Positions 19,569 through 27,892 of a DNA stretch of 64,000 nt are shown piece after piece. The DNA comes from Pseudomonadota bacterium (GTDB lineage: Bacteria > Campylobacterota > Campylobacteria > Campylobacterales > Sulfurimonadaceae). The DNA is taken from the NCBI GenBank assembly GCA_043797085.1, contig JAZDQA010000014.1, positions 64,001 through 128,000 on the forward strand, in the 5' to 3' direction. The notes under the pieces were generated by a model. That model did not search any database and had not been told where the DNA came from. It saw nothing but the letters and a program-made list of their open reading frames with translations. A program made the position numbers and the translations under genes. Positions within the stretch are counted from its first letter, which is position 1, and every line of letters starts with the position of its first letter.

Positions 19569-20005
19569 TTTTTCTCGCTATGTATAAATTTTTCTTTAAC
19601 CATCCAGAGAGGAACTAAAAAAAGCAATCCAAGCAAAAACGCTAATGGAAGGATTAATATTGTTGGATTTGAGATAAATAATAAAGGTATTTTAACGGGG
19701 AGTATTAGCTCAAATATGGCTCTAATTTCCCAAATTACCCCTTGTGAAATTCCATAAATCCATGCGCTTCGCTCATCAAAAAGCAACCTTTTTGAAAAAT
19801 AGATGGACAATAGTCCAAAAGCACTCAGACAAAGACCGATAGAGAGTGAACTCAGAAATAGCAGATTCATGTAATCCGCCGATAAATGTACATACTCACC
19901 AGTTTTTATAAGCTGAAATGGCCAGATGAAATGAAGAATTCCAAGAAGGATTTCAACCAACCCTCCTATCAACATTAATTTACTGGCTAATTGTTTTTTA
20001 TTCAT
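19565..20005 (-). CDS. Hypothetical membrane protein (about 4 TM)
   Basis: Hydrophobic 146-aa ORF with 4-nt overlaps to both neighbours. Confidence 0.75.
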   Translation of the reverse strand: MNKKQLASKLMLIGGLVEILLGILHFIWPFQLIKTGEYVHLSADYMNLLFLSSLSIGLCLSAFGLLSIYFSKRLLFDERSAWIYGISQGVIWEIRAIFELILPVKIPLLFISNPTILILPLAFLLGLLFLVPLWMVKEKFIHSEKK

Positions 20006-20751
20006 AGACTTTCCAACCCAAAATACTCTTTTAGCGCACTCTCATAATCAACTTTCAATAGCTCCAATTTCCCCTCTTCGATGAGTTTAAGTTCATTATC
20101 CACAAGGATTTTACGTCCATTAGGCGTTTGCATAATCGCGAGTTTTTTCTGCGTAAAGATCGTGTCGGGATGCGTTGCATTAAAGTAATTAGCCAGACTG
20201 AACTCGATCCACTCCTGCGGTTGCAACGCAAAGCCGTATAGACGTTGCCACTCATCCTGCACGAGAGAGCGCACAACGTATTCCCCATCGAGGTACTCCA
20301 TGCGGAAACGATCCCCGTCCTGAACAACTTCCCCCTCCACGATCTCCATCGGAGCACGCAGAGCATAACCGCCGAATCCCGTATCACAGAGATAACTGCT
20401 CCCCTCGACACGGACGATGACCACCATGTGCGTTTTAGGACGACGCATAGGATAGAACATCGGTCGCGCCCCCGCGAAATACCATTCGAATCCTATGGCA
20501 GTGAGTGCCATCGCAAACACACCGTTAATCTCGTAACAATATCCGCCACGCCCTCTTCCTAGCACTTTGTTCACAATCTCTTCGGGAACCATAGAGGGGA
20601 TTCGCCCCGCCTGCACTTCGGTATTTTCAAACGGGATGCTTCGTAGTTGTTTTTGTACCATCTGAGTGAGTGTTACGACATCGGGACGCACTTCCCCATC
20701 ATAGCCGATACGGGATAAGTAGTCTGTGAGATTAAAATTTTCGGCTGTCAT
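20002..20751 (-). CDS. Arylamine N-acetyltransferase
   Basis: YLSRIG, IPFEN, RGGYCYEIN (catalytic Cys), THM, DTGFG (Cys-His-Asp triad). Confidence 0.93.
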   Translation of the reverse strand: MTAENFNLTDYLSRIGYDGEVRPDVVTLTQMVQKQLRSIPFENTEVQAGRIPSMVPEEIVNKVLGRGRGGYCYEINGVFAMALTAIGFEWYFAGARPMFYPMRRPKTHMVVIVRVEGSSYLCDTGFGGYALRAPMEIVEGEVVQDGDRFRMEYLDGEYVVRSLVQDEWQRLYGFALQPQEWIEFSLANYFNATHPDTIFTQKKLAIMQTPNGRKILVDNELKLIEEGKLELLKVDYESALKEYFGLESL

Positions 20752-20980
20752 CGGGGTTCCTATTATCTTATGATTTGGGAATTTTGCTCTTTTTTCGCTT
20801 TGTCTGCTGTTAAAGCGTTTGCGGAAATTCTTTTAAGAAAAACGGTGTAGAATGTTTGAAAATATGTTAATTGGTAATATTTTGCTTGGATGTTTCCAAT
20901 ATGAAAATATTTTAGTATGAATAAATAGTCATATACACGTTATCAAATATCCAAAACAAATTCTGATTTAAGAGTGAAAT

Positions 20981-21811
20981 ATGTCATTAAGTCAATTACA
21001 AAGAGAATTTAATAAACTCCATCGAATAAATACTCAAAGTGAGCCTATTGAAAAGCTAAAGCGGCAATACGCAGAACTTATGAAAGGCATGTACCTTTCA
21101 TGGACGGGAGGACATTTTGATAATATCTGGCGTGCACAAATTGGTAATCATGACAACATAAAGCGTATGTGGTATCCACCAGCGGACAAAGTTACTAAGC
21201 TTGGACGTTTAAATAGAAAATACGAATCATTATTCTATGCATGTACGGGTCATAATGCCAACTTGAGTTCAATTGAAGAAGTACGAGCACAAATTGGAGA
21301 TCATGTCACTCAAATATGTTGTGAATTGACACCACCTTATCAACAATATCGATTTCTTGGGTTGGGGCATGTTTTTCAATGGAAAAAGGAACAGCTTCCT
21401 GAACATATAAAAACATTAAATTATTTAAATAGGCTTGATCGACAACAACGTTTTAATAAAAAAAAAGACTTTCGTAAAAATGAATACATTGCTGATCGAT
21501 TAGACACATTATTTAAACAAGATGTAGCACATAATCAAGAGCATAAGTATTCACACTCAATAGCTATCACTGAAAATTGTTTTGAAAATTTTTCAGGTGT
21601 TCAAGGAATAATTTTCCCGAGTATCGCAAGCAGTCAGAATGCGCTAAATATAGTGATAAAACCTAATGTTGCAGATAAATTTTTAACTTTCAAGTTCGTA
21701 CGAGTAGTTGAGGTCTTATTTAAAAACAATAAATATATGAAACTACGACTACGTAGAGAAGCTACAAGTATTGATGAAGATGGAAATTTTGTTTGGAAAG
21801 AAAGTATATAA
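20981..21811 (+). CDS. RES domain protein
   Basis: IWRA (R), GRLN..LFY, IEEV (E), GIIFPS (S), NIVI; AT-rich. Confidence 0.7.
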   Translation: MSLSQLQREFNKLHRINTQSEPIEKLKRQYAELMKGMYLSWTGGHFDNIWRAQIGNHDNIKRMWYPPADKVTKLGRLNRKYESLFYACTGHNANLSSIEEVRAQIGDHVTQICCELTPPYQQYRFLGLGHVFQWKKEQLPEHIKTLNYLNRLDRQQRFNKKKDFRKNEYIADRLDTLFKQDVAHNQEHKYSHSIAITENCFENFSGVQGIIFPSIASSQNALNIVIKPNVADKFLTFKFVRVVEVLFKNNKYMKLRLRREATSIDEDGNFVWKESI

Positions 21812-21854
21812 CAAATCTGAGGAGACTAATCAAAAACCCGCAAGCGGCTTTTTA

Positions 21855-21924
21855 CTCGTTCCCAACGTCCTCGTTGGGAATGCAGACTAACATACACACT
21901 CCCAAGCTGGAGCTTGGGAGCGAG
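21855..21924. repeat. REP doublet (REPIN-like): two inverted palindromic units
   Basis: CTCGTTCCCAACG-tcct-CGTTGGGAATGC, then CACTCCCAAGCT-gg-AGCTTGGGAGCGAG in opposite orientation. Confidence 0.7.
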
Positions 21925-22009
21925 ACATTCCACGCCTCGACCCACTCATAAGCGAAACGCTCTGCAAACTCTATATCAATCATTTATTTCCCTTTCACCA
22001 CTCTAACTC

Positions 22010-23728
22010 TCAATCGGACTGTAACGATTGACTGTGAAAAACATACTTGTTTTTGCCAGTTTCCTTGGCTAAATACATAGCTTGATCCGCGTGTCGAAGT
22101 AATACTTCAGCAGTAGTGTCATCATCTTGCGGATACAGTGTTATTCCTATGCTTGCACCTACTTTAATATGCTCATTGTTAGGAAGGGTATACGATTTAT
22201 TGATGCTTTCTAAAAGTTTGATGATGATATTTTCACACTCTTTTTTAGTGTTAATATTTAAAAGTAAAATAGCAAATTCATCTCCCCCAATTCTTGCTAC
22301 AGTATCACTTTCTCTGACACACTTTTGCATCCGATGTCCGATTTCAATCAATAATGCATCACCCGTACTATGCCCGTAGTTATCGTTAACCGGTTTAAAT
22401 TCATCCAAATCGAGATAACACACCGCCATCATACTATTGAAACGTTTTGAAAGACTCATTGCCTGATGGGTTCTCTCTGATAATAACAAGCGATTTGGCA
22501 ATCCCGTTAAAGAGTCATAAAATGCCATCCGTTCTAAGTTAGATTCATAATCTTTCCCCATCGTTATATCGGTCAATAACCCAACATAACTAGAAATATT
22601 CTCATTCGAATCGCAAATGGCAGATATAGTCAATCGCTCTACAAAAATCTCCCCATTTTTTCGTCGATTCCAAATCTCACCGATCCAATATTTATTCCGA
22701 ATTAGCTCTTCCCACATATGTTTATAAAATGCTTTTCCATGTTTTTCAGATTTTAAAAAACCGGCATTTTGCCCTATAATCTCATCTTTTGAATAGCCAG
22801 TTATCAAAGCATAAGCTTCGTTCACATCGACGATAATTCCACTGGTATTTGTAATTACAATACCCTCTTTTGCACTGGTAAAGACACTGGCTAAAAGTTT
22901 TAATTTTTCTTCGGTTTTTTTCCGTTCCGTAACATCTGTACCAATACCAATAGAACCGATCATCCTTTGATCTACATCATAAATAGGAACTTTTCGTATT
23001 TCAAAAACATTTTGAGTACCATTGTGATCAGTAACAACCTCTTCACTTATATTAATTTTTCCACTAGCCATCACATCTTCATCCGTAATTTGACAAATTT
23101 CGGCATTGTGTTTATTCATTAAGTCATAATCCGTTTTACCAATAAGTTCTCCATGATTGACATTGAAGAATCGATCTAATGCCGGATTGGAAGCAATATA
23201 AACACCTTTAATATCTTTCATCCATACCAAATCGGGAATTGCATCAATCAATGTACTCAACTCAGATGCAGTTTTAGCGAGTAATATCTCAGTATTTCTA
23301 CGCTTTGATATATCCAGATTAAAGCAAGTTAAACCAATTGCCTTTTTTTCAGTTTCATCATAAATTGGTGAATAATAAGTCCACCAAAACTTTCTGGATA
23401 ATAATTCATCTCCATATTCCGTCTCATCGACAAATGAGTTACAAGCAAGGGCTTTATCAAAAAGTTGCTTGGCTTTTTGACAATCATCTTCTCTACCTAT
23501 GACTTCAAGCATATTCATCCCAAGCTCAATCTCTTTGCCCCAAAGAATTTCCATCATTTTTTTATGCTCTTGGTTAAAAGCCAAATAGTTATAGTTTGTA
23601 TCCAAGGCGAAAATAATAATATTAGGAGAACTTTCTAAAATAACTTGGAGTAAATTAGTATTCGTTTGATTGCCAATTGAGTGAATGTCCATGTTACTAT
23701 TGAGAAGAGTTAGCTTATCATTACCCAT
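22010..23728 (-). CDS. Cytoplasmic PAS-PAS-PAS-GGDEF diguanylate cyclase
   Basis: Three PAS domains, DSLTGLPNR, I-site RESD, RIGGDEF. Confidence 0.92.
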   Translation of the reverse strand: MGNDKLTLLNSNMDIHSIGNQTNTNLLQVILESSPNIIIFALDTNYNYLAFNQEHKKMMEILWGKEIELGMNMLEVIGREDDCQKAKQLFDKALACNSFVDETEYGDELLSRKFWWTYYSPIYDETEKKAIGLTCFNLDISKRRNTEILLAKTASELSTLIDAIPDLVWMKDIKGVYIASNPALDRFFNVNHGELIGKTDYDLMNKHNAEICQITDEDVMASGKINISEEVVTDHNGTQNVFEIRKVPIYDVDQRMIGSIGIGTDVTERKKTEEKLKLLASVFTSAKEGIVITNTSGIIVDVNEAYALITGYSKDEIIGQNAGFLKSEKHGKAFYKHMWEELIRNKYWIGEIWNRRKNGEIFVERLTISAICDSNENISSYVGLLTDITMGKDYESNLERMAFYDSLTGLPNRLLLSERTHQAMSLSKRFNSMMAVCYLDLDEFKPVNDNYGHSTGDALLIEIGHRMQKCVRESDTVARIGGDEFAILLLNINTKKECENIIIKLLESINKSYTLPNNEHIKVGASIGITLYPQDDDTTAEVLLRHADQAMYLAKETGKNKYVFHSQSLQSD

Positions 23729-23965
23729 TTTTCAACTCCTTGCACTTTTTATCATGATTGATGCAAATATCGGCTTATTAATATAAATAATATCTTAGCA
23801 AAAAATACTAAAATAATTATAATAGTCTAAAATTTATTATCGAACTTTGAAACTTTTTTTAAATTCATTGTTCCCTCTTTAGGTATAACTCATTGATAAG
23901 TTTCTAAATTTGCTCTTTTTTAATTAAAAGGCACTTCACGGGTACTTTTACACTATAATCAAAAT

Positions 23966-24685
23966 ATGAATAACAAATTACTTATAAAATTGTCTGATGA
24001 CTGTTACTGGAACCCTGATACACGTATTGTTATAGATCATGATAAAGTTATTGTTTTAACCGCCAACATGACGAGACTGCTTAGTTATCTTGTCAATAAT
24101 TTTGATAAATCTGTTCATAGCATTGATATTTTTTTAGATGTTTTTTATGAGTACGATAAAGAATTTAAAGCCAAAATAATCCGAAATATGATTAGTGATT
24201 TACGAAAAAAAGTCCCTTGTTTAGAAATAAGTAATTTTTACGGCGGGCGTTACATGCTCCGGAAATTTCATGATGATAGCAGTGAATTTCAAAAATACCT
24301 TTTGGATATTTTGGATCAAGCTAAAAATGGAATCACCATTACCAATCCCAATCTGCCTGATAATCCTCTCATTTATGTAAACCAAGCATTTAGCGATCTA
24401 TTTGGGTACACACGGGATGAAGTTATCCATAAAAATTGCCGTTTTTTACATAGAGACGATCGAGACCAGTTGGCATTGGATGAAATACGACGTGCAATAA
24501 CAGCTAAAACCAACGTCACCGTTACCTTGCGCAACTACGACAAAGAGGGGCAGCTTGTTTATAATGAAATCACTATCAGCCCTATATTTGATAAGGAAAC
24601 GGGGAAACTACTGTACTTTTTAGGTGTTCAAAAAGATGTCAGTCGTGTCAATCAACTGATGCAGCAAATCAAAGGAATTGTGTAA
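23966..24685 (+). CDS. Winged-helix (OmpR C-terminal-like) DNA-binding domain fused to a LOV-type PAS domain
   Basis: N-terminal 'LTANMTRLLSYL...IRNMISDLRKKV...GGRYML'; C-terminal 'DNPLIYVNQAF..GY..EVIHKNCRFLH...RNY..YNE...GVQKD'. Confidence 0.8.
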   Translation: MNNKLLIKLSDDCYWNPDTRIVIDHDKVIVLTANMTRLLSYLVNNFDKSVHSIDIFLDVFYEYDKEFKAKIIRNMISDLRKKVPCLEISNFYGGRYMLRKFHDDSSEFQKYLLDILDQAKNGITITNPNLPDNPLIYVNQAFSDLFGYTRDEVIHKNCRFLHRDDRDQLALDEIRRAITAKTNVTVTLRNYDKEGQLVYNEITISPIFDKETGKLLYFLGVQKDVSRVNQLMQQIKGIV

Positions 24686-24688
24686 TTT

Positions 24689-27600
24689 ATGCCAATAAAA
24701 AATGAATTTAATCTAAATTATGAAAAGTTGACCCTTGTGGGATTAGGTGCGAGCGCGGGAGGGTTCGAGGCTCTTTTAAAATTTATCCAAAATATCGAAC
24801 CATCCGACGCGATTACCTACATTATTACTCAGCACCTCGATCCCAAACAACCAACGATGCTAGGCTCGCTGCTGCAAAAATACTCCAAACTTCCTATTAT
24901 CCAAGTGACCAATAAAATGAAGCCAAAGGGCAATACCATTTATTTCTGCCCGCCAAGTTTTGATCTGGTCCTCGAAGAGGGTCACTTTCTCTTAATGACG
25001 CCTCCCCTCAAACCCTACCCAAAACCCTCCGTTAACCGTTTCTTTAAATCACTTGCACTCGAAAAAAAAGAAAAAGCGATTGGAATTATCTTAAGCGGTA
25101 CAGGAAGTGATGGGGCTGAGGGAATTGTGGCGATCAAGCAAAATGGGGGAATCGCCCTTGCTCAAAATGAAAATGCCAAATATTTTTCAATGCCCAAAGC
25201 CGCAATCGATACGGAAGCGGTAGACGCAGTACTTCCACCTGACCTTCTCGCGCAGGGGATTATTTATGCCATCGACGATCCTACCTATTTTGACCGTCAT
25301 TTTGATGTGTTGGATAACATCGATAAAGTTTTCAGCCTTCTCAACCAAAAAGGTGAAGTTGATTTTAGCGATTACAAAGAAGCCACCATCCATCGCCGAC
25401 TTGAGCGCAGAATCATCGAAACCAAATCTGAAAGCGTTGATGAGTACATTACCCTTTTACAACGCTCTCCAGCAGAGATACTAAATCTAAAAAAAGAACT
25501 TCTGATTATCGTCACCTCTTTGTTTCGTGACAAAGAAGCATTTGCTGCATTAGAAGAACACTTAGAAAAAATACTCGCCGATAAACTTGATAACCATGTA
25601 CGTATATGGGTTGCAGGCTGTGCGTTTGGTGATGAAGCCTATTCTATCGCCATTGTGATCACTGAACTTCTCAAAAAAATGGGAATGACTAAAAAAGTAA
25701 CTATTTTTGCAACAGATGTCAGTGAAGAAGCTATCGACGAAGCCCGAAGCAGAAACTTTAGTGAAGACGAAGTGAGTCACATCGATCCGCTGTTGATAAA
25801 CCTTTATTTTGTGGAAAAAAATCACCGATTTACTCCGACTAAAAGCATACGCGATATGATTGTTTTTTCGAAGCATGACGTTATCAAGGATCCTCCATTT
25901 TTGAATCTGGATTTTGTCAGCTGCCGTAATCTTCTGATCTATTTCAACCCTGATTTACAGCAACGGGTTCAAAGTATTTTTTATTATGCTTTGCGTTATC
26001 AGGGGCTGATGTTTTTAGGGTCTTCCGAGACAATCGGGACCTTGACCAATCTTTTCTCCATCGTCGATAACAAATACAAAATTTATCGAAAATCCAATGA
26101 TACGGGCGTTATAGATATCGAAGGATTAGCCTATTTTCAGAAAAAAGAGTTTAAACGCGGTACGAAAAAATTGCGCGATGAAGTCAACAGTCTGGATGTT
26201 AATGCATCCATAAACAGTGCTGTCACCTCCTTTTTTGCGATCAATGGGGTCGTTGTAGATGGCAACGGAACGATCTTGTTTTTCAAGGGAGAGAACAAAT
26301 ACATCTCTAATCCGCAAGGGCTTGTGACCAACGACATTTACAAACAAGTTTCCGATTTTTTACGTTTGGACATGAGAGCAACATTGGGTGAAGTAATCCG
26401 AAATGAGCAAGTCGTTGCCTCTAAAAAAATCAGGGTTTTACCACTGAGCGATGAACGAAAGTATGTTGTCATCACCGTATTTCCACTCGGACACAATAAG
26501 CTCTCAGAAAACAGTTTCTTCATTACCTTTGATGATATCAATGAAAAAGAGACCTCGTCTATTTCCTCTTATCAGCCCCAAACTGTCGATGGATACGACT
26601 TCAACATTCTCGAGAATGAACTCTCTGCTCTCAAAGAACGGCTTCAAATCACGATAGAAGAACTCGAAACCTCCAATGAAGAGCTACAAAGTACCAACGA
26701 AGAGCTCCAAAGCACCAACGAAGAGTTACAAAGCACCAATGAAGAGCTAGAGACTTCCAATGAAGAACTGCAAAGTACCAACGAGGAACTGCGTACCGTC
26801 AATGACGAGTTCGAACACAAAAATAATGAACTCGCCTTTGTCAACGAAGCCCTCAACAAAGTGGTAGAAGTCATCAATACCGATGTGTTGATTTTAGATA
26901 AGAATCTGGATCTTTTTCTTCATACCAAAGGTGTTGAGAAGTTTTTTGAAATTGCCAATGCCAATCGAATCAATCTAAGCGAGATTATTATTCATGAGCA
27001 TTTCCCCATCCCCAATCTTTTTGACGACATTAAAAACGTCGTTCAAAATACGAATGAAGTGCAATACGATTTGACCATCGATCATCGAATCTATTGGCTG
27101 CAAATAAAACGAATCAACCTCTCTGCTAATGATTACGGTGTCATTATCAGCTTTACCGACAAAACGGATATTATCCGCAATCAAGAGTTGATGTTTCAGC
27201 AGTCAAAACTCGCCAGTATGGGAGAAATGATCGGTAACATTGCCCATCAATGGCGACAACCGCTCAACACTTTGGCGCTCAATCTTTTTGGAATACAGAA
27301 AAAATTTGAAAATAAGACGATTGATGAGGCAATGTTTAATACCTTTGTGGAAGAGTCGCAAAACAACATACAGCACATGTCCTCAACTATTGATGATTTT
27401 AGAGATTTTTTCAATCCTAACAAATCAAAAAAACTTTTTTCCCTCTATGAAATTACCCAAAAAACCATTTCATTTGTCAAAGACACCTTTGACAATCATA
27501 ATATTGTCATACAAAATGATACCCATGAGGACGTACAAATCTATGGATTTGAAAATGAGTTTGCTCAAGTGTTGCTCAATATTTTGAATAACTCAAAAGA

Positions 27601-27892
27601 TGCCCTCATTAAAACCGGTAATCCAAATGGGTTAATACAAATTGGCATACAACGACAAGACAATATCGTTCGGATGATTATCACGGATAATGGAAGCGGT
27701 GTCCCCTCAGAGCTAATTGATCGCTTGTTTGAGCCTTATTTTACGACTAAAGATAAAAAAGAAGGAACCGGAATTGGATTGTATATGAGTAAAATGATTA
27801 TTGAAAACAGCATGAACGGATCTATCCAAATGGAATCACTGGATCATGGTATGCAAACCACTATTTCACTGCAAGCAGAACCTAATGCTTAA
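24689..27892 (+). CDS. CheB methylesterase-CheR methyltransferase-PAS-histidine kinase fusion
   Basis: CheB GASAGG/QH/GSDG; CheR WVAGC..EAYS and SCRNLLIY; EELQSTN heptads; H-box IAHQWRQP; N, G1 (DNGSG), F and G2 (GTGIGL) boxes. Confidence 0.92.
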   Translation: MPIKNEFNLNYEKLTLVGLGASAGGFEALLKFIQNIEPSDAITYIITQHLDPKQPTMLGSLLQKYSKLPIIQVTNKMKPKGNTIYFCPPSFDLVLEEGHFLLMTPPLKPYPKPSVNRFFKSLALEKKEKAIGIILSGTGSDGAEGIVAIKQNGGIALAQNENAKYFSMPKAAIDTEAVDAVLPPDLLAQGIIYAIDDPTYFDRHFDVLDNIDKVFSLLNQKGEVDFSDYKEATIHRRLERRIIETKSESVDEYITLLQRSPAEILNLKKELLIIVTSLFRDKEAFAALEEHLEKILADKLDNHVRIWVAGCAFGDEAYSIAIVITELLKKMGMTKKVTIFATDVSEEAIDEARSRNFSEDEVSHIDPLLINLYFVEKNHRFTPTKSIRDMIVFSKHDVIKDPPFLNLDFVSCRNLLIYFNPDLQQRVQSIFYYALRYQGLMFLGSSETIGTLTNLFSIVDNKYKIYRKSNDTGVIDIEGLAYFQKKEFKRGTKKLRDEVNSLDVNASINSAVTSFFAINGVVVDGNGTILFFKGENKYISNPQGLVTNDIYKQVSDFLRLDMRATLGEVIRNEQVVASKKIRVLPLSDERKYVVITVFPLGHNKLSENSFFITFDDINEKETSSISSYQPQTVDGYDFNILENELSALKERLQITIEELETSNEELQSTNEELQSTNEELQSTNEELETSNEELQSTNEELRTVNDEFEHKNNELAFVNEALNKVVEVINTDVLILDKNLDLFLHTKGVEKFFEIANANRINLSEIIIHEHFPIPNLFDDIKNVVQNTNEVQYDLTIDHRIYWLQIKRINLSANDYGVIISFTDKTDIIRNQELMFQQSKLASMGEMIGNIAHQWRQPLNTLALNLFGIQKKFENKTIDEAMFNTFVEESQNNIQHMSSTIDDFRDFFNPNKSKKLFSLYEITQKTISFVKDTFDNHNIVIQNDTHEDVQIYGFENEFAQVLLNILNNSKDALIKTGNPNGLIQIGIQRQDNIVRMIITDNGSGVPSELIDRLFEPYFTTKDKKEGTGIGLYMSKMIIENSMNGSIQMESLDHGMQTTISLQAEPNA
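26657..26803 (+). repeat. Seven 21-bp coding heptad repeats (EEL[Q/E/R][S/T]xN)
   Basis: EELETSN-EELQSTN x3-EELETSN-EELQSTN-EELRTVN, with synonymous variation between units. Confidence 0.85.

Noticed and set aside
20930..20980. GTTRRRY core site at the 5' end of the putative RES cassette
   Set aside because: Only GTTATCA is present, a poor match that could be chance; not used as support.
26657..26803. CRISPR-like or VNTR array
   Set aside because: In-frame 21-bp coding heptads without spacers, typical of CheB-CheR fusion coiled coils.
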